Below are positions 19,498 to 30,228 of a DNA stretch of 54,542 nt, piece after piece. The position numbers and the translations under genes were made by a program. The stretch lies in contig JBCBLF010000005.1 of assembly GCA_038520475.1 (NCBI GenBank), positions 1 through 54,542 on the forward strand, in the 5' to 3' direction. The stretch is from Cyanobacteria bacterium J06627_8. GTDB taxonomy: Bacteria > Cyanobacteriota > Cyanobacteriia > CAKZMO01. Each line of letters starts with the position of its first letter. The first letter of the stretch is position 1. The notes under the pieces are model-generated. The model was not told the DNA's origin. It ran no database searches and saw only the letters and a program-made list of their open reading frames with translations.

Positions 19498-20106
19498 TTA
19501 TCGTCCGCCGTATCGTTCCTCTGCCCAGGGTTCTCCTCGGCGGTGGTAGCCGTTTTTCTCCCAAAATCCCAGTTCTTCACGATCTAGGAACTCCAATCCG
19601 TTAATCCACTTTGCGCTCTTCCAGGCATACAAATGCGGCACAACTAGACGCATTGGACCGCCGTGATCTGGAGGAAGCGGCTCGTCAAATAGGGTGTGAG
19701 CAAGGAAGTTTTCCTCTCGAACAAAGTCATCCAGGGTCAAATTTGTTGTGTAGTCTCCATACGCGTGCAGCATCACATGAGTAGCACTTGGACGAACTTC
19801 AATGGATGCCATCAGATCAGTGACTTTGACGCCTGTCCACTGGACGTCAAGCTTTGACCATCGGGTGACACAGTGAAAATCCGCTGTGATGTTAGTCTGG
19901 GGCATTGCCATGACATCGTCCCAGGTCAACGTTTGAGGAGTTGCCAGTCCCCATACTTTGAGTTGCCACTGATCGGTTGTCACCTTTGGCGTCTCTCCGT
20001 AGGACAGCACTGGAAATCCACTGGCAAGATATTGCCCTGGAGGAACCCGCTCGTTTAATTCGGGCTCAGGCTTGTTAAAAAATTTGCTAGGCATAGGATG
20101 CTCCAA
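19498..20106 (-). CDS. Sulfite oxidase-like molybdopterin oxidoreductase (YuiH/MsrP-like)
   Basis: RVPPGQ, DFHCVTRWS, HGGPMRLVVPHLYAWKSAKWI, GFWEKNGYH. Confidence 0.92.
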   Translation of the reverse strand: MEHPMPSKFFNKPEPELNERVPPGQYLASGFPVLSYGETPKVTTDQWQLKVWGLATPQTLTWDDVMAMPQTNITADFHCVTRWSKLDVQWTGVKVTDLMASIEVRPSATHVMLHAYGDYTTNLTLDDFVREENFLAHTLFDEPLPPDHGGPMRLVVPHLYAWKSAKWINGLEFLDREELGFWEKNGYHRRGEPWAEERYGGR

Positions 20107-20277
20107 GCGACGGCTTGAGATGAATTGGAAAAGATTAGGTGAGGTCTGGGCACATCATCAGATTCTTAACATCTGTTGAAATTCGTATCTGTTCTGGACT
20201 AAAACCTCTTGAAGCGATGAATAATAATCACAGTCATCGCACTGTACTTATTTTAAGGATGTAGGTATCCATTTGTT

Positions 20278-21387
20278 ATGAGCACTTCTTCAACTTCTCA
20301 AGTCGGCAGCACTTCTCAAGCAAATGAAGCGATCGCATCACACCATTGGCCTACCCTACTCCAACAGCTGTTAGATAGACAATCTCTTGACATTGACCAA
20401 GCGTCAGCATTGATGAAAGGCTGGCTGGCTGAAGACATTCCCCCTGTGTTATCAGGCGCAATCTTAGCTGCTATTCAGGCCAAGGGCGTCTCATCAGCTG
20501 AACTGGCAGGAATGGCTCAAGTGCTACAACAGCAATCTGTGGGAGGACAATTATCTCAAGCAACAATGCCAACTCCCTTGATTGACACTTGCGGAACAGG
20601 AGGGGATGGCGCTTCGACCTTCAATATCTCGACTGCAGTTGCATTTGTGGCTGCTGCTGCCGATGTTGCAGTGGCAAAGCATGGCAATCGAGCCGCATCG
20701 AGTAAAGTGGGATCGGCTGATGTCCTTGAGTTTTTAGGCATCAACCTTGGTGCACCGCCAGAAAAGGTTCAAGCTGCGGTGAACGAAGTTGGCATTACGT
20801 TTTTATTTGCACCCGGTTGGCATCCTGCCATGAAGTCTGTGGTGCCTATTCGCAAGACCCTAAAAGTGAGAACGGTCTTCAACTTGCTCGGTCCATTGGT
20901 CAATCCCTTACCCATTACAGGACAGGTGATGGGAGTTTTTGATGATGCACTCGTTGATTGTGTGGCTGATGCACTCAATCTGATGCAGCGCCCTAAAGCT
21001 GTTGTGCTGCACGGACGGGAGAAGCTGGATGAGGCAGGGCTTGCTGATAGTACTTACTTGAGTGTTATTGCTAACGGTAGTCGACAATCCCTGACGATTG
21101 GCCCTGAGCAAATGGGATTGACGCCTGCACCCACAGAAGCGCTTAGGGGTGGAGAGGTTGAGGATAACGCAGCAATTCTCACGGAGGTTTTGCAGGGACG
21201 TGGCACACAGGCTCAGCAAGACGTGATTGCGCTAAATGCGGCGATCGCCCTCGACGTTGGTGGGAAGCTATCTCCTAAAGCATCCATCACGGAAACCTAT
21301 CAATCGGGCGTTGAGCTTGCAAAAGAGATTCTTAAGAGCGGTGCCGCTTGGTCAAAAGTAGAGGCCCTTGCAACGTTTCTGAAGTAG
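20278..21387 (+). CDS. trpD: Anthranilate phosphoribosyltransferase
   Basis: [46 protein letters not shown]. Confidence 0.97.
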   Translation: MSTSSTSQVGSTSQANEAIASHHWPTLLQQLLDRQSLDIDQASALMKGWLAEDIPPVLSGAILAAIQAKGVSSAELAGMAQVLQQQSVGGQLSQATMPTPLIDTCGTGGDGASTFNISTAVAFVAAAADVAVAKHGNRAASSKVGSADVLEFLGINLGAPPEKVQAAVNEVGITFLFAPGWHPAMKSVVPIRKTLKVRTVFNLLGPLVNPLPITGQVMGVFDDALVDCVADALNLMQRPKAVVLHGREKLDEAGLADSTYLSVIANGSRQSLTIGPEQMGLTPAPTEALRGGEVEDNAAILTEVLQGRGTQAQQDVIALNAAIALDVGGKLSPKASITETYQSGVELAKEILKSGAAWSKVEALATFLK

Positions 21388-21915
21388 GGAATGCGAACGA
21401 AAGATTTGATAGAAATATTGGGAGACAGTCGTTGACAATAGTCGATAATCATCATCCATATCGATGGAAAGTAGCCATCAAATAGAGAGCATAATCATTT
21501 CGTAAACCTTAAGATTATTTGATGTTCTCTATCTCAAGTGCGTCGATTCATAAAAAACACTGGAGTGAAAGAAAAATAATTAACCCGTGAATTGACCTAG
21601 AACCTTTTCATATCAAGGCTCTAGAAACTTTTGGTAATCATTTATCTTTTTCTATCCTTCGTTATTCATTCATGTGGATTTGACACGAAAATCTAACGTA
21701 TGAAATGCGTAGATTTTGCAAATGTATAGGACAATGCTCATGTCTGTTCAATAGGCACGGATTTGTTTTTATTCGCTTCCTCACTCGATCACACGGTGCG
21801 ATGAATTACTGTCATCGGCAACAGCGATGTTATTTCAGTGATGCTGGTCTGTTGCTATTGCGATTCTTTCGTTGCGCCTACGCATTCGTAGCATCTTCAG
21901 TTGACGCAAACTATT

Positions 21916-23592
21916 ATGAATGAATTATTGATACCAGCGTCGGTAGAGGCCATGAGTCCTCATTCCGCCCCTTTCTTAGCCCAAAGTGTACCTGCGTCAG
22001 TAGGTGGTGCAGCCGAGTTTGTTAATTCGCTGTGGTCTAGCTTTGGCAACTTTTTACCTAGCCTAATCTACGCCATCGTCATCCTGATCGTTGGTTGGAT
22101 TGTGGCAACCATTGCAGCATCCATCGTTAAAGGATTGCTGAATAAAACAGATATCGATAACCGCTTGGCTCGATGGGTTACAGGTCAGCAAGATGATGCT
22201 CCCTCTCCACCAATTGAAAAATGGGTGGCAGCGGTTGTCTATTGGCTGATCATGACGTTCACCCTGGTGGCTTTCCTTCAGGCGCTTAACCTGGATGTCG
22301 TTTCTGCGCCACTAAATAACTTCCTCCAGCAAATCTTTAACTACTTGCCTCGGGTTGGTGGTGCGCTGGTGCTGCTGGGTCTAGCGTGGCTTGTTGCGAC
22401 GATCGTTAAGCTGATCTTCACCCGTTTGTTGTCTCGGTTTAATTTGGATGACCGATTGGCTGGTGCAACAGGCGAAGAAAGTGCTGAAGCTAGCCCATTC
22501 CTCGTCAATGAGACTCTAGGAAATGCCCTGTACTGGTTCATTCTCCTATTCTTCTTGCCGCTAATTTTGGATGCACTCGAGCTCCAGGGACCGCTTGAAC
22601 CGGTTCAAAATTTGCTCGATGACATCTTGTCGGCACTGCCTAGGATTTTGACGGCTGTCATCATTGGTGTGGTCGGATGGTTCGTTGCACGAGTCGTTCG
22701 CGGTATTGTGACGAGTTTGTTGGCTGCAACAGGCGCAGACCAATTAGGTGCTCGCTTTGGGCTAGACGGTGAAGCTGAAGGAACATCTCTATCGAGCATT
22801 GTTGGCACTGTTGTGTATGTGCTCGTTCTGATTCCGACGGCGATCGCCGCTCTGAATGCCCTACAAATTGAAGCGATTTCTGGTCCTGCTATTGAGATGC
22901 TTGAGCTGATCTTAACGGTCATCCCAAGAATCTTTGCAGCGGGTGTTATCGTTGGTGTCTTCTACTTCATCGGTCAGTTTATCTCTGAGTTGGTGACTAG
23001 TCTGCTGACGAGTGTTGGTTTCAATAACATCTTCCGATGGTTAGGGCTTCCTCAGATTCACGATGCCATTCCAACAGAAGCGGCCCAGCCAACTGATGGT
23101 GAGCCGACTCCTTACGTTCGCCCAACAGATGCAAATCAGCTGGCTCTTCAGTCACGGACGCCGTCTCAAGTTGTCGGTCTTCTTACCCTAGTGGCAATCG
23201 TCTTGGTTGGTGCGGTTGCAGCAACTGAAGTACTTGAGTTTGCACAGCTCACGTCCATTGTTCAGGCTGTGTTGAGAATCTCTCTTCGTGTGCTGAGCGG
23301 TGTCATCGTATTCGCGATTGGTTTGTACTTTGCGAATTTGGCGTTTGGTTTGATTACAGCTTCAGGTTCTAGACAAGCTAGAATCCTTGCTCAAGCGGCT
23401 CGCATTGCCATTATTGCTTTGGTTGCAGCCATGGCTCTGCAGCAAATGGGCATTGCAACTGATATTGTCAACTTGGCGTTTGGCCTCCTCCTCGGTTCCA
23501 TTGCTGTGGCGATCGCCATCGCATTTGGTTTAGGTGGCCGCGATATTGCATCAGAGCAGATTCGTGAATGGTTGAATTCATTCAAGAATTAA
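21916..23592 (+). CDS. Conserved TM-helix repeat protein (CmpX / mechanosensitive channel small-conductance-associated); start uncertain (21901 TTG or 21916 ATG)
   Basis: Repeated xLPxI..A..IL..GW..A TM modules; C-terminal AIAFGLGGRD. Confidence 0.85.
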   Translation: MNELLIPASVEAMSPHSAPFLAQSVPASVGGAAEFVNSLWSSFGNFLPSLIYAIVILIVGWIVATIAASIVKGLLNKTDIDNRLARWVTGQQDDAPSPPIEKWVAAVVYWLIMTFTLVAFLQALNLDVVSAPLNNFLQQIFNYLPRVGGALVLLGLAWLVATIVKLIFTRLLSRFNLDDRLAGATGEESAEASPFLVNETLGNALYWFILLFFLPLILDALELQGPLEPVQNLLDDILSALPRILTAVIIGVVGWFVARVVRGIVTSLLAATGADQLGARFGLDGEAEGTSLSSIVGTVVYVLVLIPTAIAALNALQIEAISGPAIEMLELILTVIPRIFAAGVIVGVFYFIGQFISELVTSLLTSVGFNNIFRWLGLPQIHDAIPTEAAQPTDGEPTPYVRPTDANQLALQSRTPSQVVGLLTLVAIVLVGAVAATEVLEFAQLTSIVQAVLRISLRVLSGVIVFAIGLYFANLAFGLITASGSRQARILAQAARIAIIALVAAMALQQMGIATDIVNLAFGLLLGSIAVAIAIAFGLGGRDIASEQIREWLNSFKN

Positions 23593-23640
23593 TCTGTTGT
23601 CTTAGACATCGCGATGTTCGATTGCATTAGATATAGAAAT

Positions 23641-23675
23641 GGTCATTGTGGGGTGCAGAGTGCCCCATAATGACC
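23641..23675. terminator. Hairpin between convergent genes
   Basis: GGTCATTGTGGGGTGC / GTGCCCCATAATGACC. Confidence 0.55.
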
Positions 23676-23698
23676 ACGCCTAAGCAATAATTCGCGCT

Positions 23699-23769
23699 TT
23701 AAAGAGCAGTTACAACTGAGGCGAACTCTAACACTGTTAGAGTTCGCCTCAGTTGTAACTGCTCTTTAA
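23699..23769. repeat. Perfect 71-bp palindrome (35-bp arms, 1-nt centre)
   Basis: TTAAAGAGCAGTTACAACTGAGGCGAACTCTAACA-C-TGTTAGAGTTCGCCTCAGTTGTAACTGCTCTTTAA. Confidence 0.95.
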
Positions 23770-23780
23770 TCGCTTAGCCT

Positions 23781-24953
23781 CTAAAGCAAACCAACAAAGT
23801 GAAGTGGACCGTATCCGCTGATCAATTCAGCAACGATAGCAAGAATGCCCAACATCGCCAATCGTCCATTCCAGACTTCTGCAGCAGTCGTCATTCCCCA
23901 TTCCCACTTTTCCTGTGGATAAATCTTCGTTTTTTCCGGTAGGTAGGTGACATCGGAAAGCAAGCGAGCTGGACTATTTAGGGCATCAACGACCATCTCA
24001 GCTAGATCATTAATAAATACAGGATGCGTATTTAACGCAGGGACTCGCTGAAAGTTTTGAATACCTGCCTCTTCAGCAAGCTCGCCGTACTCCATGTCAA
24101 TCTCTTGCAGCGTTTCAATGTGTTCAGAAACGAAGCTGATGGGAACAACGACCAGCGTCTTCACGCCTTTCTCTGCAAGTTCTTCAATCGCATCTTCGGT
24201 GTAAGGCTTCAGCCATTCAACTGGACCCACACGACTCTGATAGGCGAGCGTATAGTCATTTGGACGGCTGAGCGTCCGCATAATCAACTCAACACAGGCT
24301 TCGATTTCTCGCTGATAAGGGTCCCCTGCCTCTTCAACATAGCTAACAGGAACACCATGAGCGCTAAAGAAAATATGGGCGTCATTCGGTGCATCAAGCT
24401 GGTCAAGCTGCTGAGCAATCAGTTGAGCCATTGCTTGCAAGTATCCAGGTCGGTTGTACCAAGAATCAATGACGGTATATTGAACTGACTCAAGAGATGG
24501 GTCTTCATTCCAGATTTTCTCAAGAAGTCGAAAGCTTGAGCCGCTCGTGCTGATTGAGAACTGAGGATAAAGTGGTAAGATAACGAGCTGCTCAATCTCA
24601 TCTCGCTTGATGCGGGCGATCGCCTCTTCAGTAAATGGATACCAATAACGCATTCCAATGTAAACTTGCGCCTCGTGCCCCTTACTCCGGAGCTCCTCCT
24701 GTAAGGCTTGAGCCTGCTCTTCGGTGATGCGGCGAAGCGGTGATCCGCCACCAATTTGGCGATAGTTTTCTTGAGACTTACCAGCACGAGTGGTAGAAAT
24801 CAGCCATGCTAAAGGTTTCTGAAGCCAAGGGATGGGCAATCGGATGATTTCAGGGTCAGAAAACAAGTTGTATAAAAATGGCCGCACGTCCTCTAGTTGT
24901 TCTGGACCACCCAAGTTCAACAACAAAATTCCGACACGACCTGTACTTATCAC
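23781..24953 (-). CDS. hemH: Ferrochelatase with C-terminal CAB/HLIP domain
   Basis: [48 protein letters not shown]; [15 protein letters not shown] motif. Confidence 0.98.
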   Translation of the reverse strand: MISTGRVGILLLNLGGPEQLEDVRPFLYNLFSDPEIIRLPIPWLQKPLAWLISTTRAGKSQENYRQIGGGSPLRRITEEQAQALQEELRSKGHEAQVYIGMRYWYPFTEEAIARIKRDEIEQLVILPLYPQFSISTSGSSFRLLEKIWNEDPSLESVQYTVIDSWYNRPGYLQAMAQLIAQQLDQLDAPNDAHIFFSAHGVPVSYVEEAGDPYQREIEACVELIMRTLSRPNDYTLAYQSRVGPVEWLKPYTEDAIEELAEKGVKTLVVVPISFVSEHIETLQEIDMEYGELAEEAGIQNFQRVPALNTHPVFINDLAEMVVDALNSPARLLSDVTYLPEKTKIYPQEKWEWGMTTAAEVWNGRLAMLGILAIVAELISGYGPLHFVGLL

Positions 24954-25167
24954 AATATGTCCTCGTTTTAATATTTATTAATTATCCTAACGATAATCAT
25001 TTTAACGACAAGTCTTTATTTTTCACAGGAAGTCTATTATCTAGCGCGAATCCAATGCATTTGGCATCGTTCCCGTGAAGAATGCACTCCCTATTCTAAG
25101 ACCTTAAGGTTGATTTAAATTTAGAAACTTTGAGGTTAGACGAGCGAACGTTAATGAATTGTAATAC

Positions 25168-26364
25168 TTGCTGATGATTGTCAATAAAGCACTCCCTATC
25201 GATAAACGGATTACATCAATCAATCAACGGCTGAAGGTGGCCCAACTTGGAGTTCAACTTGAGCGCCGAGGGCAAAAGTTAAGCCTTCGGGGTACTTTTC
25301 CACCGAGACCTGGGAGTCATCGTCTCCGTTCGCATCAACAACGGATCAGCTTAGGGCTGCCCGCAACTTCAGATGGACTCAAAGCCGCTGAGCAGCAAGC
25401 AAAAATGATTGCTCTCCAACTGATGCAGGAAGCATTTGATTGGTTTGACTATCTTCCAGTCACAGGGGGTGGGCGCCTTAATCAAATGAATATTTCTGAA
25501 AAAATTGAGGCCTTCCATCAGCACTTTATGGCTCAGCCTCAGCGTCTAAGTAAACCAGCATCAGCGAGAGCGACTTGGGAAACTGCATACGCGCCATACG
25601 TTCGTAAATTGGAGGCGATCGCCCAGTCCTCTCCTAACCTAAGTCTTGCTGAAGCGATTTATAAAACTATTGAGTCAATCCCAATCAATTCCCGCAGTCG
25701 TCAAATTTGCTGCACAGCACTTGGGGTATTGGCTGATTTTCTAAATGTTGAGCTACCCCGTGATTTAAAGGAATTTTGGGGGCACTACAGTCCAAGTCAA
25801 ACCCAAATGAGGCATCTGCCCTCCGACGAGCAGATTGTCGAGGTTTATCACCGCATCCCAAATCCGTCCTGGCAATTTGTCTACGGCGTAATGGCGACGT
25901 ATGGGTTGCGAAATCATGAGGTGTTTTTTTGCGACTACAGCAGGCTTGCTCAGTCCTCTTCATCGACTATCGAAGTGCTGAATTCAACTAAAACCGGCGA
26001 ACGCGAAGTTTGGCCGTTTTTTCCAGAATGGGTAGACGATTTTAATTTGCGAAAGACTCGGCTTCCTGGCATCAGCACAGACTTAAATCAAACAACGCTC
26101 CAGCGGATTGGGCAAAAGGTAAGCGCGCAGCTTCGACGCTATAACCTTCCCTTTCATCCCTATGACCTGCGCCATGCATGGGCAGTTCGAACGATTCATT
26201 TTGGCCTGTCGGACACAATATCAGCTCAAATGATGGGACATTCGGTTGCCATTCATACGCGCACCTATCATCGGTGGATCACTCGACGTGATCAACAACA
26301 AGCGGTTGATGCTGCCCTCCATCGCAGCGATGTGAAGGCACCTCACGTGGAAGTGTCTCCATAA
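25168..26364 (+). CDS. Tyrosine recombinase / site-specific integrase (solitary)
   Basis: Catalytic residues intact: YGLRNHE (R), TKTG (K), YDLRHAWAVR (HxxR region), MMGHS, HTRTY (Y). Start codon uncertain. Confidence 0.9.
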   Translation: MLMIVNKALPIDKRITSINQRLKVAQLGVQLERRGQKLSLRGTFPPRPGSHRLRSHQQRISLGLPATSDGLKAAEQQAKMIALQLMQEAFDWFDYLPVTGGGRLNQMNISEKIEAFHQHFMAQPQRLSKPASARATWETAYAPYVRKLEAIAQSSPNLSLAEAIYKTIESIPINSRSRQICCTALGVLADFLNVELPRDLKEFWGHYSPSQTQMRHLPSDEQIVEVYHRIPNPSWQFVYGVMATYGLRNHEVFFCDYSRLAQSSSSTIEVLNSTKTGEREVWPFFPEWVDDFNLRKTRLPGISTDLNQTTLQRIGQKVSAQLRRYNLPFHPYDLRHAWAVRTIHFGLSDTISAQMMGHSVAIHTRTYHRWITRRDQQQAVDAALHRSDVKAPHVEVSP

Positions 26365-26382
26365 CTACGTCTGTAATCCAGT

Positions 26383-26486
26383 TATAGCAGTACGCACATA
26401 GGTCTGGACATGTATTGTTGAGGAAAGCACCGCTCAGCGGGGCTTTCCTCAACAATACTGGTTTGGATTAAGCGCGTAGCGCTATA
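26383..26486 (+). repeat. Dispersed repeat family A, full-length copy
   Basis: TATAGC...GCTATA termini; 17-bp perfect stem 26412-26428 / 26442-26458. Confidence 0.8.
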
Positions 26487-26706
26487 TCAGATCATCGATG
26501 CATACAGCTTCGCTCAAATCATGCATCGTCTGATGGATGTTTCGGTTTTCCACACTGTGGGGTTCATGTTGTGGCATCGAGTGAGGTATTCCCGCTTGAA
26601 ATGTCGCGATCGCCCTATCTGACGAAACCTACCAAGTTTGCGATGATGATCGTGTAAGAAAATTGTGAATAAACAAGTTCTGATTGAACTGAGATGGAGG
26701 ATACGG

Positions 26707-27189
26707 ATGGGTGGATTTTTTCTAACAACGCTGATTACGGCATTGAGCGTGTTGGTGGTGAATTTGATCATTCCAGGAGTTGGCATCTCTAGCTTTGCTG
26801 CAGCGTTGCTAGCAGGGGTGTCCATTGGTGTTGTTAACGGATTCGTCAAGCCAATTGTCATGATTTTGTCGTTGCCCGCAACAATCCTGACGCTGGGATT
26901 CTTTTCCTTGATTGTCAATGGCTTTTGCTTCTGGCTAGCCTCTGCTTTTGTTCCAGGATTTACTGTCAATGGCTTTTTTGCCTTCTTCCTGGGGCCAATT
27001 TTGCTGTCAATTGTCAGCACGCTACTCACGAATTTAGCGATCCGAGAAGGTATCGGTGGTTCTCAAAATCTTGAAAGCTCACAGACTGGAGAGTTTCGTC
27101 AAGGCTATGTGACGCAAGAAACCTTCACGCGTAGCTCTGAGCCCGCTAAAACGAACGTCACGATTGATGTTGTTCCGAATTCGGATTAG
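26707..27189 (+). CDS. YvlD/DUF360 (phage holin family 4) membrane protein
   Basis: VNGFVKPIVMILSLPATILTLGFFSLIVN motif; GGAGG RBS before ATG 26707. Confidence 0.88.
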   Translation: MGGFFLTTLITALSVLVVNLIIPGVGISSFAAALLAGVSIGVVNGFVKPIVMILSLPATILTLGFFSLIVNGFCFWLASAFVPGFTVNGFFAFFLGPILLSIVSTLLTNLAIREGIGGSQNLESSQTGEFRQGYVTQETFTRSSEPAKTNVTIDVVPNSD

Positions 27190-27300
27190 TCAATTCGTTC
27201 AAAGCCAGTTGCCTTGAGCACGAAAAGTTCTCCACAGTGCTGTCGCGCTCAATTCAAGTGCAAGCTGTAATGTGAAAATCTGTAGCTGATTTTTCACCCA

Positions 27301-27330
27301 AAAAGGGGACGTGAATTCACGTCCCCTTTT
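27301..27330. terminator. Bidirectional intrinsic terminator
   Basis: Perfect palindrome AAAAGGGGACGTGAATTCACGTCCCCTTTT between convergent genes. Confidence 0.8.
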
Positions 27331-27425
27331 GAAATTAATGCTCTAGAAAAGTTAGGTTGCTCGTAGGCTGGACCAGCGTCACTCAACTTACACGTTTGGG
27401 CTTGGATGAAAGGGCACTAAGTCGG

Positions 27426-27905
27426 TCAGGACCGGTTGCGAGCCTCTCGCCACGCTTGCTGCATCCGACCAATATTCAGCTTGAACTCATCGAACCCAAC
27501 CAAGCTACCTGGAGTTGATTCATCCCATGATGTAGAGAGTGCACCATAACTCAACCCAACTACTCCAAGACCAAAGAAGCCCAGGCTAACAAAAAGGACA
27601 GCTGTAGGAGGAACCTCAAACAGCTCACTAACTACAATCATGTAGCTGACGAAAAACGTCATAATGCCAAGCAATGTTGGGATTCCACAGAAGAAACCCA
27701 TGCGCTTGACCATCCGATTGCTGACCGCCTCAGGAATTCCGTTGGAATCACGGCTCTGACTGCGGGTAGAAGACGCTTCACGCTTTGCAGTTGTAGAGCT
27801 TGGCGTAGATACAGTTGCCTTCTTTTCTGCTTTTTTCTTAGTTTGAGACGGCTCAAATGGGAGCCTGTTTCGTTCTGAGGTTTGGTCTTGAGATTGCTGA
27901 GGCAT
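27426..27905 (-). CDS. PAM68 family PSII assembly protein (DUF3464)
   Basis: IPEAVSNRMVKRM...GIPT...LSYGALSTSWDE...GSLVGFDEF; lies directly after rpsO. Confidence 0.92.
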   Translation of the reverse strand: MPQQSQDQTSERNRLPFEPSQTKKKAEKKATVSTPSSTTAKREASSTRSQSRDSNGIPEAVSNRMVKRMGFFCGIPTLLGIMTFFVSYMIVVSELFEVPPTAVLFVSLGFFGLGVVGLSYGALSTSWDESTPGSLVGFDEFKLNIGRMQQAWREARNRS

Positions 27906-27909
27906 ACGT

Positions 27910-28179
27910 TTAGCCGCGAATTCCCAACTTCTTAATTAACTCACGATATTGTGACGGGTCTTGCTTAAGAATATAACCGAGAAGGCGCTTGCGCTGACCA
28001 ATCATGCGCAATAAACCCCGACGGGAGGAGAAGTCCTTCTTGTTGGTTTTTAGGTGGGCGCTCAGGCGGTTGATGCGCTCTGTTAACATCGCGACCTGAA
28101 CATGAGCAGACCCGGTGTCTGTCTCGTGAATTTGGTATTCGTTGATGATTTCTTGCTTTTGCTCTTGAACGAGTGCCAT
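27910..28179 (-). CDS. rpsO: 30S ribosomal protein S15
   Basis: [16 protein letters not shown]...SRRGLL...LGIRG, 89 aa. Confidence 0.98.
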   Translation of the reverse strand: MALVQEQKQEIINEYQIHETDTGSAHVQVAMLTERINRLSAHLKTNKKDFSSRRGLLRMIGQRKRLLGYILKQDPSQYRELIKKLGIRG

Positions 28180-28320
28180 GAGCGACTATGTCCTGGGTAT
28201 AAACGTCTGTTGCAGTCCATCATAATAACATAGACACCCTTGCTATGGATATGCCTTTGTCAGCCCTGAAGATGCGTAGAAAAGACTTTATATCTTCACC
28301 CTGCATATCTTCTACCCTAC

Positions 28321-28947
28321 TCACTGGCTCAACCATGCGATCGCCTCTCGAATCCAGTCTTCAGTGTTATCGCTTTTTGACAATGCTTTTGCTTGCCCCA
28401 CCGCTTGAAGGGCTTGGCTGATTTCGCTGTTGCTATAGCCCAACGCAAGCAGCGTCATTTCTACATCTTCTTGAACCGACCCGACTGGGCTGGCATCAGG
28501 GGCTGTAGTGATGCCAGCTTGATTGCGCCATTCAGCCAACTTGCTCCTCAACTCTAAGGAAATTCGTTCGGCTGTTTTTGCTCCGACGCCAGGGGTGCGC
28601 GTTAGCAATCGGGTGTTACTGCTGACGATCGCCTGTACCAGTTCTTGAAGTCCCAATGTGTCGAGCAAGGCGATCGCCAACTGGTTGCCGATGCCACTGA
28701 CAGCGACGAGCTGACGAAACAAGTCGCGCTCGGCCAGCGACAAGAATCCAAAGAGCGTCAGCTGATCTTCACGCACGTGCAGATGAGAGAAGACTTTGAC
28801 AGATTCACCGATAGTCGGCAAGTCGGCAACCATGCGAGCAGGAATCTGAAGCTCATAGCCGACTTGATTGACTTCTAATAAGAGAATGACTCGGTTACTG
28901 CTGAGTTTTTGGATACCCGCAACAGTACCGCGAAAATAGCTGTACAT
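28321..28947 (-). CDS. ruvA: Holliday junction branch migration protein RuvA
   Basis: VREDQLTLFGF, VSGIG, PGVGAKTAERISLEL, LLALGY. Confidence 0.97.
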   Translation of the reverse strand: MYSYFRGTVAGIQKLSSNRVILLLEVNQVGYELQIPARMVADLPTIGESVKVFSHLHVREDQLTLFGFLSLAERDLFRQLVAVSGIGNQLAIALLDTLGLQELVQAIVSSNTRLLTRTPGVGAKTAERISLELRSKLAEWRNQAGITTAPDASPVGSVQEDVEMTLLALGYSNSEISQALQAVGQAKALSKSDNTEDWIREAIAWLSQ

Positions 28948-29135
28948 AGCAATCTAAAGAAGAACAGTGGAGCAATGCAATTGCTATTTGCCCCGCCACA
29001 TATTATGCGATCGCCTCACAAGAATTTTCCCTTACGGATCTCTTTTCTCTCAAAATAGAGGCACATGGGACGCAGTTACACTGGCGTGACGGCACCTTAC
29101 GTGTAGAGCTAGATGTTGAAGAATTGATTCTACGA

Positions 29136-29882
29136 CTACCAGAATCCAAAGTATTGAAGTCCTTCGATGATGCCGCCAGCACACGAGGCTTTAGCCAGAT
29201 AGGTATTGGTTGAGGTTTGCGTTGAATACCATTCGCGTAATTCGGGTTTTGCGTTGCCGACAATAATGCCTTTCGCTTGGGCTTGCTGAAACATCGACAC
29301 GTCGTTTCCAGAATCACCACAGACAACGGTGCGATCGCCGGACATTTCTAGCTTTTGCTGTAAAAAGGTGGCTGCGGCTCCCTTGTTACCCTTCTTTGGC
29401 AAGATATCTAGGTCTTTGTTGCTGCTGTAGACAAATTGAATATCAAGTCCTCGCTCGGTCAGCGCGGTCTTGAGTCGGGGTATGACTTCGTTTGCAATGC
29501 TTCCGTCTAGAAAATAGCTCACCTTAAAGTCTGTTTGCTCCGATGGGGGTTGAGGGACGAGGTGCGAAAAGTGAGAGGCGATCGCCAACACCTGGTCTCG
29601 ATTCCATCCGTTCGATAAGTACTCACTCCAAGCGGTGTCTGGTTGAGTGCTGCCGTGAGGGTAGATGACCGTGCCGACAGACAACACCAAATAATCGGGC
29701 TCAAGCAAGTCCTGGTTAGTCAGCAATTGTTGATATAAGGTAAGCGATCGCCCGGTGGAATACACCAAAATGGTTCCGTATTCGTCACGGTGCTGGCTTA
29801 GATGCTGATTGAGTCGAGCTAACGCCTCTGAATCGCCAACGAGCGTATGGTCTAAGTCGGTAATCAGCAGAAACTGCGCCAT
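29136..29882 (-). CDS. spp: Sucrose-phosphate phosphatase (HAD IIB)
   Basis: TDLDHTLVG, YSTGRS, DLDILP..GNKG, CGDSGND, CAGGIIEGL. Confidence 0.9.
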   Translation of the reverse strand: MAQFLLITDLDHTLVGDSEALARLNQHLSQHRDEYGTILVYSTGRSLTLYQQLLTNQDLLEPDYLVLSVGTVIYPHGSTQPDTAWSEYLSNGWNRDQVLAIASHFSHLVPQPPSEQTDFKVSYFLDGSIANEVIPRLKTALTERGLDIQFVYSSNKDLDILPKKGNKGAAATFLQQKLEMSGDRTVVCGDSGNDVSMFQQAQAKGIIVGNAKPELREWYSTQTSTNTYLAKASCAGGIIEGLQYFGFW

Positions 29883-30228
29883 GATTCAATCCTCTTTTTC
29901 TGACCACTTCGGTCGATAGTTTTCCAGTAAGATATCTGTCCTTTTTGAGGATGAGGGCAGCTGAATATGCCACCACAATAATTGAATTAATCAAGGAAAC
30001 GACATGCGTCAATCGTTGTTGTTCTGCCTGTTACCATAACCCTACACCCTTCTTATCAGGTGGTCACACTACACTGTGGCTTCGTCAACGCGAACAGCAC
30101 CGTATATTTTATTTTTCTGAATTCATTGTCAATCTGGCGAACCAGCGAGATCGACTGTGCAGTTGCAGATTGCACATCGATGTATCTATCTCAGTCTATT
30201 CGCTCATTCATTGCTGTGAGGTCTTTTT

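Noticed and set aside
25168-27189. Integrase plus 'phage holin' read as a prophage remnant
   Set aside because: YvlD/DUF360 proteins are common chromosomal membrane proteins; no phage structural or replication genes, no att repeats, and the flanks are housekeeping.
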